From NCBI RefSeq assembly GCF_902459465.1, contig NC_047080.1:2604001-2668000 (forward strand): a stretch of 64,000 bases of DNA, written 5' to 3'. Below the pieces are notes generated by a model. That model was not told the origin of the DNA. It ran no database searches and was given only the letters and a program-made list of their open reading frames with translations. Position 1 is the first letter of the stretch. Each line of letters begins with the position of its first letter. Position numbers and translations under genes: made by a program. Source of the DNA: Asterias rubens. Its lineage: Eukaryota. Below are positions 22,802 to 35,980 of this stretch, piece by piece.

Positions 22802-25800
22802 ACAACACGCCTCAACAGCTACGAGTGGAGTGAGTTCGGGGACTGGTCGGTGTGTAGCAGAACGTGTGGCTTCGGTGTGCAGAGTCGGGAGAGGATGTGT
22901 ACAAATCAAAGGTAAATTAGAAATACAAAATTTATATGACCCATCGACGTGCACAAAAGAGGGCGACAAAACAGAAGTTGGAGAGATGATCTAAGTACAC
23001 ACAGGGGCATTGCTTGGCAACAGACGGCGCAGGATAGAATGAGATGGAGAATTGGTGAAGAGGCTTTCCTCCTGCAGTGGAGTGAAATAGGCTGGACGAC
23101 GACGAGGCGTACCAATTTGGGGGGGGGGGGGCAAACTGTATACAAACTTCTTCTTCTGCTACGCTACGCCCTCTTTTTAATCAGGCCTCCTTCAGCACAT
23201 TGTTAATTTCCCATGGGGGACATGCGGACTCGACAGAACTCCATGACTTGCTGACGTGTTTCATTTTTCAATATCATTCGTAGTCCACTCTGTTGAAGTT
23301 GTTATGTTGATTTTATGTTTTTACGCCAGGAATGAAATAGCCGATGAGAAGCTTTGCCAAGGTTCAACGAGACAGTACAAAGTTTGTAAAACGGACGTCC
23401 ACCAGGTATGAGAATATGTATTAATTCGTAATTAATGTCTACATACCATTCAATTCACGATGGTACAATTACAACTGGTGTCACGCCAAAAAGTGTCCGC
23501 TGTCAACCAATGATAATTGTCTGCTCGTGAGCCTGCGATATGATTGGTCATGCGTCCATGACGTCACATTGTTTACCGAGGCTTGCCAAAAAAAGTGTCT
23601 GGTGACTTGAAATGGATAGGAATAGTGTGCTAGTGTTTCGCTGAAAATAACCGGACGGTACGCGTATGCTTTTTCAGGAATGTACGTTTGCCAAGAACTT
23701 ACCGGGCAGCATTTGGTTGGAAAGGTCGGCATGGCGTAGCCACTGGCATGGCGGCAGGATGGGACAGAAAGTTACCGTGAGGTACTTGGTTGGAGAAATG
23801 GAGAGCATTTTGACAATACTTAACATTTTATCAGAAAGTTTGGGGCACTTGACTGGATTATTTCTGCTGTAAATGAGCGGACCCACTTTTTGGCAGGACA
23901 TCTTGTTTTTTAAACTAGCGCTGTCCCTGGCCCTTGAATGGATGTGCAAGAGAGGAGAAGCATGGCATGATATACCAATAATCATAAACAATTTGTTTTT
24001 CAGTGTCCAAAAGAACAGTGTTCGAGTTACAATGAATCTGGTCTGCACTGGACGACGTCAGGTAAAAGTTAATTTTTAACACTAAGTTGATTTTCAGCAC
24101 TTTTCATCAGGTGTACAAAAAATAAATACTCATCTTGTTGAACAGCGCCACCGTACCAGTAAAATAAAAAATAAATGTTTTTCCATGGTCAACTGAGGGC
24201 GCTGTAATAATTTTGCAATTTTCGTGCTGAGCATGCTGAGAAGACACACACATTCTGAAATCTGAACTGCGACTGTGAGCAGACGACAACATTATCAAGA
24301 CAAACTGTCGTAGGTTACTTTTTCGATAATATTGATGATGGGTATAAGCATGAAATGGTGTTTTTTATGTTAAAACCTTTAGTTTACAACATGACTTAAC
24401 TTGTTTTTGTAATGTGACAACAAACTTGTTAACACTACAGACAGTGTACAGTAACATTTTTATTAAAAATATATTATTAGTTACTGTTTTAGACGGCCCC
24501 GCGGCAGTGTGGCCCCCACTGGTCTGGATAACTTTCCGTATGGTGCCACCACTTTTCCACTCATTTTTACAAAAAGGGATATCTCATTGAGATAAGTTAT
24601 TAGATACTATAATACATGTAATTGATTTTTATATCGAATGAAAAAGTGGTGGCGCCATACGGAAACCTTTCTGCGACGGGCAATGTACCTGGGCCCAATT
24701 TCATGGCTGTAAGAATCAGCGCTTACAAGTTACAAGAAAGGAATTGCGCATTTTACGGGTTAGCAGGGATTTTTTGTTTGTGCCCGTGTGTAGGTTCCAT
24801 GGTTGTATATTTAGGCATTTATTCTTTTGTTACAGAACTACTACTAGCGCAGAAATTGAAATTGCAGAATTTGCCATGAAGTTGGTCTCAGGGGTGTTGT
24901 TGCGATTTATAACGTAACCCTCCTGCCGACAGCGAACGTGTAAATTAGTTCTAAAATAAAATAAAATTTATGATTTAATTGCAGTTCTACCAGTTGGTAC
25001 GTGTCAAGTCGTTTGTACAACGCTGAATAATAGTCGAAGAGTTTACAGACAGCTCCGTCAATGGATGCCAGACGGTACACTGTGTACAAACTACAGAGGA
25101 TGCGGACAACAGAATGGGGCGGACACACTGTCTGTCTGCCTACAAGGACATTGTCTGGTCAGTACCTCCTCAAATTTAAATTGCCTCAGCACAGCCATGG
25201 ACAGCAGAATAATATTATTTTATCCATTTATTTAGTAATTTGTGTCAATGACAATGTAACCTTTGAGAAAAACATGATTAGGCCTTCACTCTTCCAAAGT
25301 TTTGGCGTTGTCTTTTTAGTTGTGATAATTGATGCCCAGTAGCTGGACTAGTTGGGCAGATCCAGAGATCACAACTTAAAACATCCCACACATTGACCAA
25401 CAGTCTGCTGAATGCCCAACTGATGCAAGAAGTGATCTTTTGCCTCTTGCCTATAAGTAAACGGTGCAAGATTACAAAACTCAAGTAATGACTAAACTCC
25501 GAAATTTTTAAAGGTCACAAACAATTTATCTCGATGTTGTGTTTTTCTGTTCACAGGGAGTTGGATGCGACGGTGTAGTAAACTCGGCCAAAGCTTTCGA
25601 CGCTTGTGGTGTTTGTGGGGGCGATGGATCCACCTGTCGAGTCATTTATGCAACCTTCAATGGGGTACTCCATCAAGGTAATGCTCCAACAACCATATTC
25701 AAACTTCCAGACTTTGGGAAATGTCAAATTAAATTTTGCGAAGTACTCATTTTCCAGTAGTTAAAGTTCTCATATGAGTGGAGACAAAAAAATTACAAGT

Positions 25801-28800
25801 CTCTAACCTTACGTTAAAATTATGTAAATTGCCATTGAATTCAATACCCTCCCATTGCAAATTTTGTCAACATCCAAAACATTTGATGACATCATTATGA
25901 GAAAGATGAGTCTCTACATTTTTGTTTGGGAATGTGTAGGTTCATTCCTGACTTTCAATGATATCCAATCAAAATGGCCTTAAACTTTACTTTTTTTTGT
26001 CCGACGAAGTATTCCTCCTTTAGATTGCTGTTGAAATCCAATGCTGTCATTTTCCAAACTTCAGTCTGAAACAGTCAGTTAGTCACGACACGCCTGACTG
26101 CCTGGACATGACATGCCATGACTTTGGCGCACCAACTGTATGAAACAATTATGGTGTCTCGTTCAAGTGCCATGACAGGGACCAAGTGCTGACCAAACCC
26201 GAACTTAGCAGTCCATTAGACAGCTTGGCATTTCTAATCCGTAATATTCAAACAAATTTTATTTACCGATATCATCCCCCAGATTACAATGATGTTGTGA
26301 AGATTCCAATCGGTGCTTTTAACATCAGAGTGTACGAACTCCAGAGAAGTGGAAACTTTTTAGGTAAGTGTTCTTCCAACAATTGCTTATCCCCCCCCCC
26401 CCCTCATTCCCTGAATCATTTCTTTCTGAATTTCCATGTTTCCAGTCCACATAGCAAGCACCCTAGTTCACAGGCTTCCTGAGGATTGCAAGCTACAGGG
26501 ATTAAGTTCACTTATGAGGCATTCTTGATTTCATTATCAGAAATATATAATAACAATAATAATACAATCTGTTTTCCCTCTTTTTTGACAATCTTCTGTT
26601 ATATGCCTAGCTTATTAGCGTAGAGCCCAGTTCATACTTCCTGCGATTGCAAAGCGAATTTTGACATCAAAGCCCTGCATTTGCCACGAATATTTCGCAA
26701 TAATTGAACACATCCAACTGATGCGAATTTTCCATTGCGAATTTGTGACGTCAACTTTCGTATCGCATTTGCAGGAAGTATGAGCTGGGCTGTTGGCCCA
26801 AATATTTTCAGAGACTGGAAAAATACATTAAAATTCTTTTTTATTGTACAGGTATATCAGATGACAATGGACAGCCATTGTTAAACAGTATCTACAGCAT
26901 CAGTAGGCCGGGTCTGTATGAGTTGGCCGGTACTACGGTGTCCTACAAACGCTGTGGCACAAACGCAGACGGTGACTACGAGGAAATTATCATCAAGCAA
27001 TCGCTGACCAGCAATATTATCATTTTAGTAAGTACAAGTTATTGAATGTTTGATAAACCAAGCTTGTATATCTTAGGGTTATAGACGGGTAAGATCTCCA
27101 AAAATTAATAACCATAAAAACTTACTTTATGAGAAGCGCTGCAGCCTTTGAAGAAGTATCATTTATTTTGAGAAACGATTCTCTCGTGGTTTGGAAATTC
27201 ATTAACCCCAAAACATTTCAATCTAAGAATCAATTACTGCATGAATCGTTTCTCAGATTTATGAGGGGTGTTGTCCTTTCACGAATGCTGTGGCCAGAGA
27301 TGGGGTTGGTATCTACTAAACATGGATGAATTTCATGTTTGTGTGAAAATATTTTGTTGCTGTTTTCTCAGCAGGAAGACACCAATCTCAGCTGAAACTT
27401 TCCTATCTAACTCATAACTTTAATTTGTTATTGACAATCAAATCTGATGTTGTACTTTTGCTCCCTGCAGGTTTTGAACGCACGGAAGCAACTCAAGGCA
27501 CACATTGCGTATCAGTATAGTCTACCACCACTAGAGCGCCCTCAAACAACCGCTGCGTCCATCACGACATCTTCAAGACAATCGCAAACGACAGAATCGA
27601 AAACACCTTCAAAAGAATCCGCGGAGCAGGATGTTCAGAACTTCATCTCCACTAAGACGCTTCCAGTTGAGAAAGACAACCACGTGGATGCGTTAAAACA
27701 AGGTACCAGTGAACAACAGCCATCGTTGATCCCTGGCGGGGTGGCGCTGGATTCATTTCAAAATGTTACCATGGAAACACAAGAATTGGAAACAGCTGAG
27801 CCTAAAGTACAACCGACACGAGAAACAACTTCCGAGATATCAAAGCCCATTAGAGTGGAGACTACAGAGATAGTGCTGAACGAAACAACAGAATCACCAG
27901 ATGGTGCTTCAGGGAAATTACTCCCAGCTAGTCAAAATTCAAGTTATCATTCAACAGTGGGCAGGGTAGCACCTCACCCAGTAGATATACCCCCAGAGGG
28001 ATATTATGACGATGTGCAGCATCCTTCGAACTCTATGTTAAATAAAGAGGATGCTGAAACTTCTCCCAACAAGGAAACAGAAACATCTGGATTCTCAGAC
28101 GACGATAATCTTGAACTCACAACTCAGCAAAATATAGAATTCTCGCAAAACAAACTTTTAGTCCCCGAAAACAACCAAAGTATTCCAGAACCAACAGCTG
28201 TGGCGAACAATAGCGTACGCCATTCTCCTTCCACAGTGCCGACGTACTACCTAGAGAACGATGTTTTTGAAAGTGTATATTCTTCATACGAGGACTATGA
28301 ATTGGTGACAGAGCCGACGCCGCCGACTAAATCCTTTCTCACTGCATCACCACAACCGCCAGTAACTGAAGAAACGATTCAAGAAGCTCAAGACATTCCG
28401 GTGGACTTTGACCTGCTCCAAGACCTCTTTGGTGATGTGCCAGAGATTTTGGCGCTTGTGAATTCAGCGATGGAGAGCCAGCCTTCGTCGGCGTTCCCGT
28501 CGGCAGCGGCCACTTCCGTTTTGATCTCTAGGGGGGATATACCGAGAAATGAGGACCGGAAGCCGCAGTATCGCTGGGAGAGAACTGGGATTGCTCCCTG
28601 CAGCGCCACTTGCTCAAGAGGTAAGGGAAGAATGCCAAAGAAGCTTTAAGGATGTGTACAAATTGGCGGCTATGACTACAGCTGGATTGTCGTGGTGTCA
28701 TGTAATGAAGCATAGGATGTGCTTTTCTCGGCCCTTCCATGGCAAAACAGCCTTGCTTCAAACTGTTAGCCTCTGTTTACGTTTTCATCCTGTTTTAAAG

Positions 28801-31800
28801 ACACTGGACACTATTGGTAGTTGTCAAAGACACGTCTTCTCACGAGGTGTATCTCAAAATGCATAAAATAACAAACCTGTGAAAATTTGAGCTTGATTGG
28901 TCTTCGGAGTTGCGAGATAACTATGAAAGAAAAAACACCCTTGTCACAAGAAATTGTGTGCTTTCAGATGCTTGATTTCGTGATCTCAAATTTTAAATCT
29001 GAGGTCTCAAAATCAAATTCATGGAAAATTACTTGTATCTCGAAAACTACGTTACTTCAGAGGGAGCCGTTTCTCACAATGTTTTATACTACATATCAAC
29101 CTCTCTCCATTACTTGAAATCAAGAATTATTTTGAGTAATTACCAATAGTTTCCACTACCTTTGAGGCAAAACAGATTATCTCTGCACATGCCTTTCTCA
29201 AAGTGTCATTTTTTGAGTAAGACTGTTTTGCCGTGGAAGGGCCGTACTCTGAGTTTAACCCTGTGAAACCAAAGGGGGTTTCCCCAAAGAATATTAAATA
29301 TTGAGTGACTGCTCTGTTGGATTTTGCATTCCTCACCAAGATATTGGCTAACTTGTGGAATGGTTCCAAGGTAAAAGGTTTCAAGCACATTTTGTCACAT
29401 CGCTTTTGTCATCGTATAAGAAATTATTTTATGATGGATGAGATTTTTCAGACTTTAGGGTCCTTTGAGTATGAGGCCGCGTTCGAAACGGCGACTTCGG
29501 CTACAGCTACGGCTAGATCGCGCGCGTCTGCCTGTTCTTCAACACTGGTAGACGCGGTGATCTAGACGTAGCTGTAGCCGAAGTCGTCGTTTCGGACACG
29601 GCCTGAATAGCGTCTTTATTGTCCACTGCCAGGGATGAGCCGATCCTATGCCTACTGCACTCTGAAAGGGCAACAAGTTGCCGATAATCTCTGCGATCCA
29701 GGCTCAAAGCCAGATGTTGTGGAACGAGAGTGTGAAGGAAAGCCTTGTGGTCAAAGGTGAGATATATATATGTATATTAAAAGAGATTGTAAAAAAAAGT
29801 TTCTTAATTCAGTTTTCCCTACCAGCCAAACTTTCAAGTAAGTAGGAAGTCTACTGTTAAGTCTACCCTGTAAGTTTGACAGTAATGCCAAATTTAAAAT
29901 GAACTATATAATTAGTAAACTTGTCAGTACAACCATGTGTAATTTTTTTTTTTGGGAGGCGGGCTGGCTCTGAAAAGAGTTTGTGTGGTCTCGACTTTGT
30001 GAAAACAGTATTTTTTTCTCATCTTCTTTATCTCCTGAAGACAAGCTAATAGTATATGGTTCAGAGCCGGGGGTTGTCTCGATATTTCAAGCCTCGTCTT
30101 TGCTCGTCTTCTCAAGAGGAGTTTTTTTCTGAAGACGAACAGAGTATTACTATTCAAAACATCAAGACCACACTGGCTCTTCACAGAGCCAACACTCCCA
30201 CTTTAAAAGTTTACTCGTAGTTGTACCCACAAGTTAATAGTTAGTTCTTATTTTCCACACTATACAACACTTTAAAAATCACATTAAATAAACTGTTTCT
30301 AATCACAGATGGGCTGTAGGTAGCTGGAGTCACTGTACAGTTTCCTGTGGTACCGGCGTGGTATATCGGACCGTCCACTGTTGGCTCATGCTAGCCCCTG
30401 GCCTAGACACTAGCGTCAGTAATGCAGAGTGTGATCAGAACAACCTCCCCGAGAGCATCAGACCCTGCACTCTTAAGCCGTGTGGACCACAATGGCAGAC
30501 TTCAGATTGGTCGGAGGTGAGTCAGTGATCAGGGCCCAATTTCATAGAGCTGCCTGGATGTTTTTTTAACAAGTCTACGTTCAAAAACAAACATCTTCTG
30601 TCAGCCCAATGTATCACAAATACTTCCTATGGCTTCTCACTTCTTCCAGAGTGCTGCTGTGCATCTTTGGAACAGTTTACCACGCAATGTCAAACAAGCT
30701 GAAACTACTGATCAATTTTAAACCTCGGTTAATTGATTTGTTTCATCAATGTCATCACAGTTAATTTCACTCTTTTCGTCCTTTTTCAATATATTTCTTT
30801 CTCTCTTTAAAAGAACAAAGGGACCTTACGGTGATATGCACTGTATAAGAACTGTCTTTTATTATTATTATTTTTATCAATAATTTTCACCACTTCATTT
30901 TCCCCCTCAGTGTTCTGTGGAGTGTGGTGAGGGACTACAGAGTCGAGAGGTGAGATGCTCCTCAGGTCAGGAACAATGCGACCCTAACAATGTACCTGCA
31001 CAACGACGACGGTGTATGATTCAAAGATGCCCCAATAAGTGGAGAGCTACTCAGTGGAATTCAGTAAGTCTAGGATCTGTTGATCCGGTTATTTCTCTCT
31101 TTCTGTTAGTGTTTTAAAGGTGGTTAAGTCTGCGGAGAGTGTGAGTTCGAATCTCAGTCATGGCGCTTGTATCCTGGAGCAAGATGCTTTACTTTTAATT
31201 GTGACTCTTCACCCAGAGGTATACATGGGCACCAGAGGGTAGAGGTCGATATTGTGTTTGAAAAAGTCTTTGGATCGCCACAGCAGCTCAGGGTTGTATA
31301 CTCCCCAAGGAGCTGAGAAAGATTAAAGATGCGCTATATAAGAACTAGTTGTTATTTTATTCATTAACTGTTTTTGATTTCTCAAACAGTGCCCAGGGGT
31401 TTGCCGAGTGCGCTATCGACGTGTAGATTGTGTCAACGCTGCGGGGATCATCATCAGCCAGAAGAATTGTCCAAGAGATGAGAAACTCATATCGGCCCAG
31501 CTCTGCGGAGAAGCCTGTCCTGCCCAGTGGGTGCCCCAAAGTTGGAGTGATGTAAGTGTCTTTCCTCGTGGGATAAAGGGCCCGAATCGCATCGTTGTGG
31601 CATGTCGTGGCTCAGTGGTTAGCATTACCTTAAGTGCACGTTTAAAGGAATGTTACAGAATTGGTAAAAAAAACAAAAAACGTGAAGATCACAGATTTAC
31701 ATAAAAGTTATAGGTCTATTGATGACGATAGTAGAAAACATCCCTTGAAATATTTCTGTCTGAAATGTCAAAATTTGATTCAAAATAAATAATCTAATTT

Positions 31801-34800
31801 CGCGTTTGGAGTTTATCGCTCAGTGAGCGTTTTATTCATTATTTGTTTTGGCATCGATGCAATGCAAAATTAGTAATCGGTTTTTCGCTATTCTCACGTG
31901 ACCCAGATGGCCGATCAATCTCAAACTTCTACAAGGCGTGTCAGTTTATGTATGTGATGGATTACATAAAGTGCTTACTCTGCCCACAACTGTTTTGTTA
32001 GCAAAAACCAATTCTGTAATGTTCCTTTAAAGCAGACCCTAGTTTGCCTTTTTTTATCCGATCAAAAAGTTCATGAAGCCTAAACATGTGGTGCATCGTG
32101 TCAGTGCCTGTGAGTTTACTGACAACTGTTTTTTTTTTCTTAACCTAAGGCTTAAAATCTAACTCATTCTTGCAGTGCCAGGGTGAATGTGGTACTACAA
32201 CCCGCGACCGTCAAGTTGTCTGCGCTCGGACCAGCGCTGTGGGAGGCCATATGCAGGTGTTGCTGGAGTCTGTTTGCGCATCCCAACAGAAACCACTTTT
32301 GGAGTCGAGCTGTTCTCTGGTCAGCTGTCAAAGGCAGAGGAGGAGGGTTGCTCAGTGGTTCACCACACCTTGGTCTCAGGTAGGAAATGATGTTGTCTAT
32401 TTAGTCTGGTTCCTTGGTTATCTAGTGTTGCTTTTCGTTTCATTAACAAAAGCCTCGGTCGATTTCACACAGAGTTAGGACTCGTCTTAACTTAGGATTA
32501 ATCTTAAGGTCTGCATGCTACAGTGCAGGGTTGGGACTCGTCCTAAGTCCTAAGATTAGTCTTAAGTTTGGAAGAGTTTTGTGAAATCTACGGCTGGTAA
32601 GCCTAATTCTGTTGTGCTTTGATACCGTTTGTGCTTATATAATTTATATTTATCCATGTTCTTTTTAACCACAATAGTGCTCGGTGTCCTGCGGAAGTGG
32701 TCAAAAGTCCAGGACAGTTCACTGTCAATCCAAGAGGAACCCAAATCATTGTAATCCAAACAAGAAGCCGGTGGCCACGGAGTCCTGCTCCATGAGAGAA
32801 TGCCCAGCTACGATACCAGGTAAGTCACCAGAGTGGATTCTTCAAGATAAAGTGTCAGAGTAACTATAAACATGAATAGTAAACTTGCGGGTACAACTAT
32901 GTGTAAAATCTCTTTTGAGTGTTGGCTCTGAAATGTGCCGGTTTGGTGTCGACGTTTCGAACAGTATATGCCTCTCTTAATATTTATGCACAAGGTACGT
33001 CACAATGCTAACCCAAAACGAGGCCAGTCACTGTAAGTGGTGGTGGATGTGGGCCAATAGCCTCATTTGGGGTAAGTATTATGACGTCATGCCGCATTAT
33101 GACGCTTCCTCACGATTCAAGGCAGTGGACACTATTTGGAATTGTCAAAGACATGTCTTCTCACTTTGTGTATCTCAACATACACATAAAATAACAAACC
33201 TGTGAAAATCTTAGCCTAATCGGATGACGAAGTTGCGAGATAATAATGAAAGAAAAACACCCTTGTCACATGAAGTTGTGTGCTTTCATATGCTTGATTT
33301 TGAGAACTCAAATTCTAAACTTGAGGTCTCAAAATCAAATTTGTGGAAAATTACTTCTTTCTCAAAACTATGTTGCTTCAGAGGGAGCCATTTCTCACAG
33401 TGTTTTATACTATCAACAGCTCCCCATTACTTGTTACCAAGTAAGGTATTATGCTAATAATTATTTTGAGTAATTACCAACAGTGTCCACTGCCTTTAAT
33501 GGGCAAAGCTAAAATCAATATTTCTAACATCCAGGTGCAATAATTTGATCAATAAATAAAACAAGAGACTCAGATTTACACAAAGCGTAACCAGATATTA
33601 GAATATTGATTAGTTCAAATTTAGTAATTCATTATTGTTTTTCTTGGTGGATTTGCAAAGAAGCGTTTATCTCTACTCTCACCAGGAGGTGCGACCTGTA
33701 TTCATCAAACTTAATCAGTATTTGATTATTCAAAACTGTAGATTCGAAATTGGGTTCAGTTTAATTCATTCAAACCAAGATGTATTTTATATGCTTGTTT
33801 TTCAAAGATTAAAACTTGATCACAAAACATTACACGGTACAGCATATGAAGGGAAAACATTTGTACTGACATATTTTTGTCTGGTAAAGAAACTAAGGAT
33901 GCCTCTTAAGTGAACTTAAAGACACTGGACACCTTTGGTAAAAGACCAGTCTTTTCACTTGGTGTATCTCAACAAATGCATTGAACAACAAACCTCTCAG
34001 CTGAAGTCACAAAATCAATTCAAATATTCTAGTGACAAAATTACGTTACTTCAGAGGGAGCCGCTTCTCACAATGTTTTAAACTATCAACAGCTCTCCAT
34101 TTCTTGTTACCAAGTGATATTCTAGTGAGAAATTACTTTTTTTTTAAAAACTACATCACTTCAGAGGGAGCCGTTTCTCACAATGTTTTATACTATAGGT
34201 TTTCTCGGTCAAATTCGGCAAATGAGCAGTCAATTTCATTTTCATGCGTTTGAATTAAAACTGTTTTGCCTCTCCTGTTGTTACTGCGTTTCAAATTCAG
34301 AATTCGGCCGTTCAATTTCGTTTTGAGTCGAGTCAAATTCCTTTAGCACTCTGTTCAATTTAGCGTATCGTCATTCTTTTTCGTGACACACACGCCTCAA
34401 GAAGCGTCTGTGAATTTGAATGCTGCTTTGATGAATTGTTAAATTGAATGATTATTTTGTTAAATCGAATAACGTAAAAGTACATTTGACTAGTCTTAAA
34501 ACGAAATCGAATGACGCTTTTCAGTAGCATTCAGTTTCGTGCCAAATAGAATAAGCTGGTGTTTAAATTGGCTGCTCATTTTCCGAAATTGACCGCGAAA
34601 ACCTATATTAATGTGAGAGGAATATAAATTCCTACCTTCAGCTCCACAGAGCTTCAACATTTCTATGTTTTCTTTCTATGTAGCCCTTTACCTAGAGTGA
34701 CTTTTAGCCTTGTTTTAGGCGAATTTGCATTAAAATAAATTTAAAAAAATAATTATAAAGGTTTTCATGCTAAAAATTATTTTGAGTAATGACCAATAGT

Positions 34801-34959
34801 ATCCAGTGCCTTTGAGGTAATTATTTCCTTGTTTTCCTTTCTTTTTCCTTTGTAGCCTGCTCCGACAGCCCCACCGCCGACTGCAACTTAATTCGCAGAG
34901 CGAACCTGTGTCGTTATGCCAGCTACAAAAGATCATGTTGCTTGTCCTGTAGTCCATGA
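22802..34959 (+). CDS. ADAMTS-like secreted protein (ADAMTSL2/ADAMTSL4/THSD4 group): TSR1, Cys-rich module, spacer, S/T/P/E-rich insert, six TSRs, PLAC; signal-peptide exon(s) not identified
   Basis: Exons 22802-22911, 23330-23405, (optional 23678-23776), 24004-24061, 24985-25157, 25557-25677, 26283-26363, 26852-27027, 27471-28620, 29633-29756, 30309-30516, 30911-31063, 31390-31551, 32176-32379, 32678-32819, 34856-34959. All AG/GT and phases chain without frameshift. Motifs: WSEFGDWSVCSRTCGFGVQSRER, DGTLC...VCLQGHC, VGCDGVVNSAKAFDACGVCGGDGSTC, repeated WxxxxWSxCSVxCG, PLAC CSDSPTADCNLIRRANLCRYASYKRSCCLSC. No metalloprotease domain seen. Confidence 0.92.
24533..24667. mobile_element. Short MITE
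   Basis: TIRs TTTCCGTATGGTGCCACCACTTTT / AAAAGTGGTGGCGCCATACGGAAA. Confidence 0.7.
28799..29161. mobile_element. Family A MITE, reverse orientation
   Basis: TTAA|AGACACTGGACACTATTGGTAGTTGTCAAAGAC ... AATTACCAATAGTTTCCACTACCT. Confidence 0.85.
29475..29603. mobile_element. 129-bp palindromic Tourist/Harbinger-like MITE with TGA target duplication
   Basis: TGA|GGCCGCGTTCGAAACGGCGACTTCGGCTACAGCTACG ... CGTAGCTGTAGCCGAAGTCGTCGTTTCGGACACGGCC|TGA; second copy at 62484-62611. Confidence 0.85.
31120..31360 (+). mobile_element. SINE (tRNA-related head, TATAAGAAC-(TTA)n type tail)
   Basis: GAGTTCGAATCTC...GTATCCTGGAGCAAGATGCTT...GGTAGAGGTCGATATTGTGTTTGAAAAAG...GCGCTATATAAGAAC. Reverse copy of the 3' part at about 22480-22595; tail-only copies at about 21300-21360 and 30820-30875. 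Confidence 0.65.
31646..32026. mobile_element. TTAA-flanked MITE, subfamily C
   Basis: TTAA|AGGAATGTTACAGAATTGGT ... ACCAATTCTGTAATGTTCCT|TTAA; partial reverse copy at about 58360-58510. Confidence 0.85.
32455..32595. mobile_element. Palindromic Harbinger-like MITE related to 5065-5242
   Basis: GGTCGATTTCACACAG...TTTGTGAAATCTAC with internal AGGACTCGTCTTAACTTAGG units. Confidence 0.65.
33120..33495. mobile_element. Family A MITE, reverse orientation
   Basis: AGGCAGTGGACACTATTTGG ... CCAACAGTGTCCACTGCCT|TTAA. Confidence 0.85.
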
Positions 34960-35980
34960 TAGCATAACGGTTTGTAAAAGACAAAACTCACAAAGAAACT
35001 GCTTGATTTCACTCTTCTTTTTTTTATGTCTGTTTTTAAGTGTTTATGGCAATATTTTCTGCTTAAGCTGTATGAAAAAGTGCCCAGTTAATTAGCACTA
35101 TAGAATTAGTAATTTATGGCTGTGAATTGTTATTTCACTTTGACATACTGCTGAGCACAAGGCAAAATCATCATTGATTGAATCCACAATTTTATTCACA
35201 ATAATGTCCTCAACTATACTTGCTTATACCCCTCCCCCCACCCCAACCCAACTCTTCAAATCGACATAATCCACAGATTAGACTCCGAAGTCTTCATGAC
35301 GGCGTCCGAACTCAAGCTTCTAACTAAACAAATTACCCACCAAAAGCTGCATTAATACCTTCCCATTCTGAACCCCCAGTGAATCTCTCCCGCGCCATAA
35401 TGAAATTATTTCTGCTAATTTGACGCGAGACATTAGTCGCCAGGGGCCAAAATTTGACTATTGACTCTATTAGGCAAGGATGCAGGTCCAGATTGGGTTT
35501 GTACATGGGGGGGGGGGGGGGTTGCTGAAGCAGAAAGCACCCTAAATAGATTTGTTGTGATAATTACCTACGATACCAAAGGCGCACATAATCCAAAGCA
35601 CACGAGTTGACGCTAGTACCTTCTGACCTTTCTGGCTATCTTCCTCATATGCTTAGGGACATTTTTATGAACGCAATTGATCAAAATCTGAGCTTATAGT
35701 GTCTCTGTATATTCACTCCGTTTTAAAAGTTCCCCGCACAGTATTTTTTTTCTTTTAACATTGTACAGCATTGTACATCCTGTTTATTAATTATCTTTTT
35801 TAGCATGTACTGAAGAAGTCTGTGCTAGCTGTGCTTGTGTGAGGGTTAAATTCTGATTTTTGTTGTTTCACAAAATAATATTTTGTATTTTCTTTATGTT
35901 TTGTTTCACCTTTAAGAGGAACTCCAAAGTCAAATTCAATTTTGTGATGTACTCATTTTCCAATAGATAGAGTCCTTTAA

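Noticed and set aside
29513-29707. Similar ORFs at 29513 and 62401 (SETTTSATATSRS)
   Set aside because: Translations of the same 129-bp MITE, not a gene family.
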